Below the pieces are notes generated by a model. The model ran no database searches. It was given only the letters and a program-made list of their open reading frames with translations, and was not told the DNA's origin. 64,000 bases of DNA from Vulcanimicrobiota bacterium (GTDB lineage: Bacteria; Vulcanimicrobiota; Vulcanimicrobiia; Vulcanimicrobiales; Vulcanimicrobiaceae). The stretch spans positions 544,001 through 608,000 of the forward strand of contig CAWGBN010000006.1 in the NCBI GenBank assembly GCA_963820825.1, read 5' to 3'. Made by a program: the position numbers and the translations under genes. This document shows, one piece after another, positions 32,910 through 41,136 of the stretch (position 1 is its first letter; every line of letters begins with the position of its first letter).

Positions 32910-33514
32910 CGCGCGCGTCGCTCGGCGAGGCGTAAGAGCGCGTCGGCGGCGATCGCCAGCGTCGACACGGCGAGGCTGCCCGCGACGATCATCTGCGGCT
33001 GATGGAGCGTTAGGCCGTTGAAGATCAGCACGCCGAGTCCCACCCCGCCGACGTAACCGCCGAGCGTCCCGATAGCGATCATCGCGATCGCCGCGATCCG
33101 CACGCCGCCGATGAGCACCGGCAAGGCCTGCGGAAACTCGACGCGCCAGAGAATTTGCCGTGCCGACATGCCGAGGCCGCGCGCCGCGTCGACTTGCGCG
33201 CGGTCGACGGCGGCGATGCCCGCGGCGACGTTGCGTGCGAGCATGAACTGCGCGTATAGAACGAGCGCGACGAAGATCGGCGTGAAGCCGAGCCCAAAGG
33301 CTTCGACGAAGACGGCGAGCATCGCTAAGCTCGGAATGGTGTAGATCGCCCCGAGCGTCCCGAGCAGCCACGGGGCGAGGCGCGGCCGGCGGACCGCGAC
33401 GAGGCCGAGCGGAACGGCGAAGAGGAGCGCGACCGCGAGCGCGACTGCGACCAGCTCGACGTGCGTGGCGGTCAGCGATGCAACTCGCCACGGATGCGCG
33501 ACGATATAGTTCAT
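32900..33514 (-). CDS. Osmoprotectant-type ABC transporter permease
   Basis: TIPSLA and DAARGLGM EAA loop. Confidence 0.9.
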   Translation of the reverse strand: MNYIVAHPWRVASLTATHVELVAVALAVALLFAVPLGLVAVRRPRLAPWLLGTLGAIYTIPSLAMLAVFVEAFGLGFTPIFVALVLYAQFMLARNVAAGIAAVDRAQVDAARGLGMSARQILWRVEFPQALPVLIGGVRIAAIAMIAIGTLGGYVGGVGLGVLIFNGLTLHQPQMIVAGSLAVSTLAIAADALLRLAERRARYG

Positions 33515-34302
33515 CGCGATCGCAAGAGCTCGCGCCCGCGCATGAAATACTCGCGATAGACGTTGTCGCCGGCGTGGACGAGCTCGCGAACGTATGGCGT
33601 GGCGGGCTGCTCGAAGAGCTCGAACGGTTCGCCGGCCTGTTCGACACCGCCATCGCGAACCACGACGATCCGGTCGGCCAAGCGGAAGGCCTCCTCGACG
33701 TCGTGCGTTACGAAGAGCGTCGTCGTCTGCAGCTCGGCGACGATGCGGATCAGCTCGCGCTGCAGGGCGGTGCGGACGACGACGTCGACGGCGCCGAAGG
33801 GCTCGTCCATCAACAGTGCTCGCGGTCGCGCCGCGATCGCTCGCGCGACGCCGACGCGCTGCGCCTCGCCGCCCGATAGTTCGCTGGGACGCCGGCTTCG
33901 ATAGCGGGCCGGATCGAGACCGACGAGTTGGAGCAACGCGTCGACGCGCGCTCCGATCTCGGTTCGGCTCCAGCCGAGCAGCGACGGAACGATCGCGACG
34001 TTCTGCGCCACGGTCATGTTCGTGAAGAGACCGACCGCTTGAATTACGTATCCGATGTTGCGGCGCAGCTCGACGGGTTCGAGTTCGCCGATGTCGGTCC
34101 CGTCGACGAGGACGCGCCCGGCGTCGCACGGGACGAGCCGGTTGACGGTGCGCAAGAGCGTCGATTTGCCGCTTCCCGAGGGCCCGAGCAGAACGACGAG
34201 TTCGCCGCCGCGCACGTCGAGCGAGACGCGCTCGACCGCGTAGCGATCCGAACCCGGATATCGCACGGAGACGTCGTCGAAGCGTATTGCCGCGGGATTC
34301 AT
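33511..34302 (-). CDS. Osmoprotectant-type ABC transporter ATPase
   Basis: GPSGSGKS, LSGGE, MDEPFGAVD. Confidence 0.93.
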   Translation of the reverse strand: MNPAAIRFDDVSVRYPGSDRYAVERVSLDVRGGELVVLLGPSGSGKSTLLRTVNRLVPCDAGRVLVDGTDIGELEPVELRRNIGYVIQAVGLFTNMTVAQNVAIVPSLLGWSRTEIGARVDALLQLVGLDPARYRSRRPSELSGGEAQRVGVARAIAARPRALLMDEPFGAVDVVVRTALQRELIRIVAELQTTTLFVTHDVEEAFRLADRIVVVRDGGVEQAGEPFELFEQPATPYVRELVHAGDNVYREYFMRGRELLRSR

Positions 34303-35168
34303 CGGCGCAGAAACTCTGCCGCGACGTCGGCGGGATCCGCTTGATCGTTCTCGACGGCGGCGTTCATCGCTTGCGCTGCCGCGTCGGTTATTCTCGGCGA
34401 GACGGCGTCGAGCACCACCGCGATCTTCGGACGTGCGGCCACCGTCGCTGCACGGACGACCGGCGCGACGTTGTATGCCGACCAAAAATGACGGTCGTCG
34501 CGCAGCACCAGCAGTCTGTCGGCGGCAATCGCACCATCGGTGGAGAAAGCGCTGGCGACGTCGGCCTTTCCTTCGAGCAGCGCGCGATACTTCAATGCAA
34601 TGTCGTAGGTACGCACTTCGCGAAACGCAAATCCGCCGTAGAATCGCTGCAGGCCGGGCAGGCCGTCGGGGCGCGCGAGAAACTCTTGAATCGTGGCCAA
34701 GCGCAGCGAGGGTGCTTCGCGCGCGACGTCGGAGAGCGTCGCGATCCGGTAACGTGCGGCGATCGCTCGCGTCGTCGCGAGCGCCTGCGAATCGTTCATC
34801 GGCGAGGGGCTTAGCCAAACGATGCCGTAGCGCTTGGCGAAGGCGTCTGCGACCACCGCGTAGGCGGTGCGCGGGTTATTGATCGGCGGGAGATGGAGCA
34901 CGTCGATCAACGCCGTTCCCGTATACTCCGGATAGAGGTCGATGTTGCCGCGCTGCATCGCGGCGATCGCGATCTGCGTCGAGCCGAGATTGAAGAGCCG
35001 CTCGACCCGCATGCCCGCCTTTTCGAGCGATTGCGCGTAGATCTCGGCAATGACGAACGACTCGGTGAAGTTCTTCGAGCCGACTCGGATCGCCGACGGA
35101 TCGAACGCGCAGCCTGTCGCGAGCGGGGCCGCTGCGGCCAAGGCCAGCGCGCGCGCGCGCGAAATCAC
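34299..35168 (-). CDS. Glycine betaine/OsmF-type ABC substrate-binding lipoprotein
   Basis: VGSKNFTES, YPEYTGT, RPDGLPGL, FSTDG. Confidence 0.92.
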   Translation of the reverse strand: MISRARALALAAAAPLATGCAFDPSAIRVGSKNFTESFVIAEIYAQSLEKAGMRVERLFNLGSTQIAIAAMQRGNIDLYPEYTGTALIDVLHLPPINNPRTAYAVVADAFAKRYGIVWLSPSPMNDSQALATTRAIAARYRIATLSDVAREAPSLRLATIQEFLARPDGLPGLQRFYGGFAFREVRTYDIALKYRALLEGKADVASAFSTDGAIAADRLLVLRDDRHFWSAYNVAPVVRAATVAARPKIAVVLDAVSPRITDAAAQAMNAAVENDQADPADVAAEFLRR

Positions 35169-35749
35169 GCGCACCGTGCGGCGAGTCCCAGCAAGAGGTC
35201 GGCACCGAGCGCGAGCACCGCGACGGTGGCCGCACCTTCGAAGAGGAGCACGGGGTCGTCGGTCTGCAGACCGCGGACGATCTCGTCGCCGAGCCCGCCG
35301 GCGCCGATGAACGTTGCGAGCGTTGCGCTCGCTATCGTCTCGGTCGTTGCCGTGCGCAGACCCGCGAACGAGATCGGCAGGGCGAAGGGTACGACGACGC
35401 GCGCGAAGCGCTGCATTTGCGTCATTCCCATGCCGGTCGCCGCGTCGAGCATCGCGCTTGGCACGCCGCGGATGCCGAGATCGACCGCGATGACGATCGG
35501 CGGGATCGCGAGCAGTGCGAGCGCGATGATCGCCGGCGCCGCGCCGACGCCAAGCCACGGGAGCAGCAGCATGAGGACGGCGAGGCTCGGAAGGGTGCGT
35601 CCGATTCCTGCGAGCGCCAGCACCGCGCCGCGCAGCCGTGCCGACTCGGCGGCGAGGATGCCCAGCGGGAGCCCGGCCGAGAGCGCGAGCGCGAGGGCCG
35701 AGAGGGCGAGGACGAGGTGCTCGGTGACGTGCGCGGTGAAATCGGCCAT
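35165..35749 (-). CDS. Osmoprotectant-type ABC transporter permease
   Basis: RTLPSLA, DAATGMGM, IGAGGLG. Confidence 0.9.
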   Translation of the reverse strand: MADFTAHVTEHLVLALSALALALSAGLPLGILAAESARLRGAVLALAGIGRTLPSLAVLMLLLPWLGVGAAPAIIALALLAIPPIVIAVDLGIRGVPSAMLDAATGMGMTQMQRFARVVVPFALPISFAGLRTATTETIASATLATFIGAGGLGDEIVRGLQTDDPVLLFEGAATVAVLALGADLLLGLAARCA

Positions 35750-35818
35750 TCACGCAAGTTTTTTGCCGCTCGGGAGGCGAAACCCGGCACGTACCGCTAA
35801 GCAAAGCTAAAGAGATTC

Positions 35819-37930
35819 ATGATTACCCAGCCGCATCCGAAGCAGGCAACGGTTCCCGTTGCGTCGCTCGACGATCCTTCGCTCTACATCAGTCGCGAAT
35901 TATCGTGGGTCGAGTTCAACGACCGCGTCCTCGAGGAGGCCCTCGACGCGCGAAACCCGCTGCTCGAGCGGCTGAAGTTCGTGGCTATCTACGGAACGAA
36001 TCTCGACGAGTTCTTCATGATTCGCGTCGCCGCGATCAAGCAGCAGATCGAGGCGCAAGTCGTGCGCCGCTCGGAAGACGGGCGAACGCCGACCGAGCAC
36101 CTTGCGGCGATCTCGGACCGGCTGCGCGCCTCGTTGCCGCAACAGATGCACCTGCTCAACGACGACCTGCTGCCTGCGCTCGAGCGCGAAGGCGTCCGGC
36201 TGATGCGCGTCAGCGAGCTCGACGAGGAGACGCAGAGCGCGCTCGAACGCACTTTCGACGAGAGCGTCTTCCCCGTGTTGACGCCGCTCGCCGTCGATAG
36301 CGGGCATCCGTTTCCGTACATTTCGAATTTGTCGCTCTCGCTCGCGGTCGAACTCGAGGAGACGACGCGCGAGGGCGTCGAGCTGCACTTCGCGCGCGTC
36401 AAGATTCCGCCGACGCTCCCGCGTTTCGTGCCCGTCGAAGGAGCCGCGGCGAACGAGCGCCGTTTCGTGCTGCTCGACGATCTCATCGCGCATCATCTCG
36501 ACGTGCTCTTTCCCGGCATGCACGTGCGCGACTCGTATCTCTTTCGGGTAACGCGCGACGCCGATCTCGACTTGCAGGAAGACGAAGCCGACGACCTCTT
36601 GCGCGCGATCGAGTCGGAGCTGCGGCGGCGCCGCTTCGGCGAGCCGGTGCGGCTCGAGATCGAGCGCGGCATGCCCGAGTACATGCGGGATTTTCTCTGC
36701 ACCTCGCTCGAGCTCGAAGCGGTAGACTGCTACGAGATCGACGGGCTGATGGCGCTGAGCGATCTCTGGCAGATCGTAAATTTACCCGATTACGAGAACG
36801 TCCGCGACAAGCCGTTCATGCCCGCGATTCCGCGCCGGCTCGTCGGCGTTACCGACATCTTCGCGCAGATTCGCGAAGGCGACATCCTGCTCCATCATCC
36901 GTACGAGTCGTTCGATCCGGTCATCCAATTCCTCGGCCAGGCTGCCGAAGATCCGAAGGTTCTGGCGATCAAAGCGACGCTCTATCGCACCTCGGGGAAG
37001 AACTCGCCGATCGTGCGCGCTCTGCTCACGGCCGCCGAAAACGAGAAGCAAGTCGCGGTCGTCATCGAGCTCAAGGCGCGATTCGACGAAGAGAACAACA
37101 TCGAATGGGCAAAACGCCTGGAGCGCGCCGGGGCGCACGTGGTCTACGGCTTCGCCAATCAAAAGGTTCACGCGAAGACGCTATTGGTCGTGCGCGAGGA
37201 CGAGGACGGATTGCGGCGCTACATGCACTTCGGAACCGGCAACTATAACGAAAAGAGCGCGCTGCTCTATACCGACTTGAGTCTCTTCACCTGCCGCCCG
37301 GAGCTGGGAACCGACGACGCTCAGGTCTTCAACGCGCTGACCGGATTCTCGAAGGTCACCGACTACGAAGATCTCTGGGTCGCGCCGGTGACCTTCCATC
37401 GCGAGTTGATCGCGCGGATCGAGCGCGAGACCGAGCACGCTCGCGCGGGACGGGCCGCCGGCATCCGCGCGAAGATCAACGCGTTAACGGAAATTCAAGT
37501 CGTGCGCGCGCTCTATAAGGCCTCGCAAGCCGGCGTTCCGATCGATCTGCTCGTGCGCGGCATGTGCGTGCTCCGCCCGGGCGTTCCGGGCGTGAGCGAG
37601 AACATTCGCGTGCGCAGCATCGTCGGGCGTTTCCTCGAGCACTCCCGCATCTACGTATTCGAGAACGGCGGCGAGCGCGAAGCGTTTATCGCGAGCGCCG
37701 ATTGGATGGGTCGCAATCTCGACCGCCGCGTCGAGCTCGCCGTTCCGGTGCTCGACCCGGTCATCGCCGAGACGATTGCCTCGCACCTGATGACGGTGCT
37801 GCTCGCCGACAACGTGAAGAGCCGCGAGCTCCAAGAGGACGGCAGTTACCGCCGGCTCTCACCGGGGCCCGGCGAGATGCCGATCGACGCTCAGCGGGTC
37901 TTTCTCACTCAAGCGCAGGCGCTCGGCTAG
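35819..37930 (+). CDS. ppk1: Polyphosphate kinase 1
   Basis: RELSW, NLDEFFMIRVA, HHPYESF, KVHAK, GRFLEHSR. Confidence 0.97.
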   Translation: MITQPHPKQATVPVASLDDPSLYISRELSWVEFNDRVLEEALDARNPLLERLKFVAIYGTNLDEFFMIRVAAIKQQIEAQVVRRSEDGRTPTEHLAAISDRLRASLPQQMHLLNDDLLPALEREGVRLMRVSELDEETQSALERTFDESVFPVLTPLAVDSGHPFPYISNLSLSLAVELEETTREGVELHFARVKIPPTLPRFVPVEGAAANERRFVLLDDLIAHHLDVLFPGMHVRDSYLFRVTRDADLDLQEDEADDLLRAIESELRRRRFGEPVRLEIERGMPEYMRDFLCTSLELEAVDCYEIDGLMALSDLWQIVNLPDYENVRDKPFMPAIPRRLVGVTDIFAQIREGDILLHHPYESFDPVIQFLGQAAEDPKVLAIKATLYRTSGKNSPIVRALLTAAENEKQVAVVIELKARFDEENNIEWAKRLERAGAHVVYGFANQKVHAKTLLVVREDEDGLRRYMHFGTGNYNEKSALLYTDLSLFTCRPELGTDDAQVFNALTGFSKVTDYEDLWVAPVTFHRELIARIERETEHARAGRAAGIRAKINALTEIQVVRALYKASQAGVPIDLLVRGMCVLRPGVPGVSENIRVRSIVGRFLEHSRIYVFENGGEREAFIASADWMGRNLDRRVELAVPVLDPVIAETIASHLMTVLLADNVKSRELQEDGSYRRLSPGPGEMPIDAQRVFLTQAQALG

Positions 37931-38378
37931 CGAGCTCGAGCACGATCTTCCATTCGTGCGGCATTACCGGCTGCACGGAGAGGCGTTGTCCGCGACGCAG
38001 CAGCGGCATTCCGACGAGCCGCGGTTCGGCGCGCATGCTCGCCAAGGTTACCGGGTGCTCGAGCGCTTCGTCGTACTCGACGTCGACCATGAACCAGATC
38101 GGCTTACCTTGCTTTGCGCGCAGGTCGAAGTATTCGCCGCTCCGGTCGAACTGGGTGAAGTCGGGATAGGCTTCGCGGACGACCTTGCAGATGCCGACGG
38201 CCGCCGGCTCGGCGATGCTCGAATGATAGAAGAGCGCGAGATCGCCCAGGCGCATCTCCATCATATTGTTGCGCGCCTGGAAGTTGCGTACGCCCGTCCA
38301 TGGCGTCGTGCCGTCGCTGCGAAGTTGCTCGAAGGAATAGGCGCTCGGCTCGGTCTTGAGCAGCCAGTAGCGAGCCAT
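37905..38378 (-). CDS. EVE domain protein
   Basis: YWLLKTEP, WTGVRNFQARN, FYHS, RLSVQPV. Confidence 0.92.
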   Translation of the reverse strand: MARYWLLKTEPSAYSFEQLRSDGTTPWTGVRNFQARNNMMEMRLGDLALFYHSSIAEPAAVGICKVVREAYPDFTQFDRSGEYFDLRAKQGKPIWFMVDVEYDEALEHPVTLASMRAEPRLVGMPLLRRGQRLSVQPVMPHEWKIVLELASRAPALE

Positions 38379-38453
38379 TAGCGAGCGCCGTTAGGGTCCT
38401 GTCCGGACAAATCCTGGCGTTGGGCTATCGCCATATGTTATCTTGATGCGGAA

Positions 38454-38936
38454 ATGTCGAGAGGCGTCGTCCGCGCTACGCGTGACGGTTGGGATGGTAT
38501 CGAGCCGGCCGGCTATTCGCCGGATGCCCCAGGCACCGGCGTCATCCGGCACACGATCGTCGGCAGCCGGAAGAACGACCCGAGCGACCCGGGGCCGAAG
38601 ATGGAGCTGCGCTACTTCGAGGTGCAGCCCGGGGCGGCGTCGCGGCTCGAAAAGCACGAGCACGAGCACTACGTCATCGTCCGTCACGGGTTCGGATACG
38701 CCGTCATCGGCGATACCGCAACCGAAATTGGGCCCGACGACGTCATTTACGTCGCGCCGCTCGAACTCCATCAGTTCGTCAATCGCGGACCGACGCCGTT
38801 TGGATTCTTCTGCTTCGTCGACACGTGCCGCGACTTTTCGCAAGCGCCGACTCCCGAAGAGCTCGACCGTCTCGAAGCCTCACCCGCCGGCGCGGTCGCA
38901 AAACCCAACGCCGTTCCGCCTCCAGCAAAACGCTAA
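38454..38936 (+). CDS. Cupin domain protein
   Basis: LRYFEV, KHEHEH, HQF. Confidence 0.85.
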   Translation: MSRGVVRATRDGWDGIEPAGYSPDAPGTGVIRHTIVGSRKNDPSDPGPKMELRYFEVQPGAASRLEKHEHEHYVIVRHGFGYAVIGDTATEIGPDDVIYVAPLELHQFVNRGPTPFGFFCFVDTCRDFSQAPTPEELDRLEASPAGAVAKPNAVPPPAKR

Positions 38937-39280
38937 GTCGTTCAAAATCGCTCGGGGTCTTGCTCGCGGAACCGCTCGTCGGCGACGTCCTGTCGCCTCC
39001 TGCTTTAGCGCTCGCGCGGGCGAGCAAGCTCTGAGCGAAGTGCACCTCCTGTGCCGGCCCGCGCTCGTCGCAAATTCCGCTGAGCAAGATCCCGAGCGGC
39101 TTTGTGCACGACACGAAGCACGCGGCGCGGTTGGCTCTCGTTTCGGGCCGGCCATGGATGGCCGCTTTAAAAGCTTCGGCGCGCTCTCCGTCAGGGCGGC
39201 CCGAAAAAGCGGCGGAGCAGGAGCGCGCAGGAAGCGCGCGACGAGCGTCTTCGCGCGAGCGCTCGGACAACCGCACTACG
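38937..39280. repeat. Two inverted, diverged copies of a structured element with GGA-loop hairpins
   Basis: Units 38937-39112 (-) and 39121-39280 (+) share CGGGCCGGC, AGCAGGA and GACGAGCG; their hairpin stems differ but still pair. Confidence 0.75.
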
Positions 39281-40126
39281 CTACTCGCCGGTTGCAATTG
39301 GGCGCGAGGGGTCGGAGACCCACTCGCTCCACGAGCCGTTGTAGAGACGCGACCCTTCGAGGCCGGCGTACTGCATCGCGAAGTGTCCGGCCGCCGCGGA
39401 GACGCCGGAGCCGCATTGATGCACGATGCGCGTGGGATCGAGGCCCCTGCGCTCGAACTCCGCGCGTAGCTCGGCGCGTGACTTCAGTCGTCCGTCGGGC
39501 GCGAAGTTCTCCTTGAACCAGCGGTTGAGCGCACCCGGAATGTGTCCCGCGACGGGATCGATCGGCTCCGTTTCGCCGCTGTAGCGCTCTTTTGCGCGCG
39601 CGTCGAGCAGTTGCATCGCCGGATCGTTGAGATGTTCGCGCACGTAGGCGGCGTCGACCAGATACTCGGGATGCAGGCGGAGCGCAAGATCGCCCGCGCG
39701 CACGGGCTGCGGCGGCGCGGTGCTGACGGGATGACCGGTGAGATTCCACGCGGTGAATCCGCCGTCGAGTACCGCAACCGCATCGTGACCGATCCAGCGC
39801 GTGAGAAACCAGAAGCGCGGCGCGAACATGTCGCCACCTCCATCGTAGGCGACGATCTGCGTTGCGTTACCGACGCCGCACGCGCGCAAGAAGTCCGCGA
39901 ACACCTCCGGTTGCGGTAACGGATGGCGCCCGTTGCTCCCGGTCTTCGTTCCCGCTAAGTCGTGCTCGAGGTCGGCGAAGAATGCGCCGGGAACGTGCGA
40001 CTCCTCGTAGAGCCGCCGGCCGAGTGCGAAATCGGCGAGCGAGTGGCGGCAATCGAAGACGACGAGATCCGGCGCGCCGAGCCGCTCGTAGAGGTCCTCG
40101 GCCGAGATGATCGTCGTAAAGCTCAC
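39281..40126 (-). CDS. Sulfurtransferase (tandem rhodanese, SseA/MST-like)
   Basis: HVPGA, GRHPLP, GHIPGA, CGSGVSA, YNGSWSEW. Confidence 0.93.
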   Translation of the reverse strand: MSFTTIISAEDLYERLGAPDLVVFDCRHSLADFALGRRLYEESHVPGAFFADLEHDLAGTKTGSNGRHPLPQPEVFADFLRACGVGNATQIVAYDGGGDMFAPRFWFLTRWIGHDAVAVLDGGFTAWNLTGHPVSTAPPQPVRAGDLALRLHPEYLVDAAYVREHLNDPAMQLLDARAKERYSGETEPIDPVAGHIPGALNRWFKENFAPDGRLKSRAELRAEFERRGLDPTRIVHQCGSGVSAAAGHFAMQYAGLEGSRLYNGSWSEWVSDPSRPIATGE

Positions 40127-40512
40127 CGGAGGTTGATGATGGTTTTCGCGCCGTCCTTCGACTCCGCGCCTTCGGCGCTACGCTCGGGATGACTCGAATC
40201 GCCGAACGCTTCTTGTAGCGTGGTTTGCAGTTCGCCGCTCTCGGCCATCGGGCCGAGAATGTCGGTATCGCCGTAGAAGGAGCCTTTGATGAAGACCTTC
40301 GGCAGCGTCGGCCAGTTCGTCATCGCGGCGAGCGCTTCGCGCTTGGGCATGTTCTCCAGCACGTCGACGACTTCGAACGGATAGCCGAAACGATTGAAAA
40401 ACTCGATCGTCTCGAGCGTGAAGCCGCAGCGCGGCGCGGTCTTGGTGCCCTTTCCGTAGACGAGAATCGTGTTCTCGGCGATTTCGCGCTCGATCTCTTC
40501 TTGAAAATCCAT
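40123..40512 (-). CDS. grxD: Monothiol glutaredoxin (Grx4-like, CGFT)
   Basis: KGT...PRCGFT, NWPTLPKVF, GDTD; downstream of bolA. Confidence 0.85.
   Translation of the reverse strand: MDFQEEIEREIAENTILVYGKGTKTAPRCGFTLETIEFFNRFGYPFEVVDVLENMPKREALAAMTNWPTLPKVFIKGSFYGDTDILGPMAESGELQTTLQEAFGDSSHPERSAEGAESKDGAKTIINLR
40153..40193 (+). repeat. REP-like repeat inside glutaredoxin 3' end
   Basis: GTCCTTCGACTCC-GCGCCTTCGGCGC-TACGCTCGGGATGAC; reads HPERSAEGAESKD on the coding strand. Confidence 0.7.
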
Positions 40513-40516
40513 TTCG

Positions 40517-40753
40517 TTAGCCCTCCGCAACGATTGTTTTGAGTTCGACGGCGTGAACGCGGCCGTCTTTGAGTGCCTCTTTGAGCGCGCCGTAGACCAG
40601 CTGGTGCTGCTCGATCAGACTCTTCCCCCGAAATTGCTTAGAACGTACCGTCACATTGAAATGGTCCATCGTTCCGGTGCGATCGACGATGCGGACCTCC
40701 GCATCCGGAAGACCGGCCCGGATCAAGTCGGTGAGCGCCGCATCTCCGATCAC
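40517..40753 (-). CDS. BolA family protein
   Basis: DHFNVTV, FRGKSLIEQHQLVY, VHAVEL. Confidence 0.9.
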   Translation of the reverse strand: MIGDAALTDLIRAGLPDAEVRIVDRTGTMDHFNVTVRSKQFRGKSLIEQHQLVYGALKEALKDGRVHAVELKTIVAEG

Positions 40754-41004
40754 GAACGCAGCCGGGGCGAACCGGCCTTGAGCGCCTCGGCCAGACCGCG
40801 CGCTTCGCCGAGCGTCTCGGGAAGGCGAGTCGCGCCGCGAGAGAGCGCCGCCGTGACCCCGCTTGCGAGGACGACGCCGGTAACGCCGAGCAAGACCGCG
40901 GGAATTCCGCTGGCCTTTAACGGTCCGATCTCGATCGTGAAGGTGCGCTGTACGCGCGCGAGACCGCGAAAGAACGCGCGCAGGGAACGGCCGGGGGTAT
41001 TCAT
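40750..41004 (-). CDS. Small hypothetical membrane protein
   Basis: GTGA coupling to bolA; one TM; start uncertain. Confidence 0.55.
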   Translation of the reverse strand: MNTPGRSLRAFFRGLARVQRTFTIEIGPLKASGIPAVLLGVTGVVLASGVTAALSRGATRLPETLGEARGLAEALKAGSPRLRS

Positions 41005-41136
41005 CGTCCGCGTTCTTACGTCGCGGCCTTGGGGAAGGCCTGGCCCGAGCCGCACTGAAGCGAGCCGCCACCAACCCGCTGTTTTGGCGCGCTCTCGCGA
41101 GGCGCGGGAGCCGAAAGGCCCGAATGCGCGCATGAA

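Noticed and set aside
37905..38378. EVE protein as part of a modification-dependent restriction system
   Set aside because: Standalone, with no adjacent nuclease or ATPase
38937..39280. Possible CRISPR array
   Set aside because: Units are inverted and diverged, with no regular repeat-spacer period and no cas genes
38779..39297. 172-aa minus-strand ORF
   Set aside because: Overlaps both flanking genes, has no motif, and is better explained by the structured repeat
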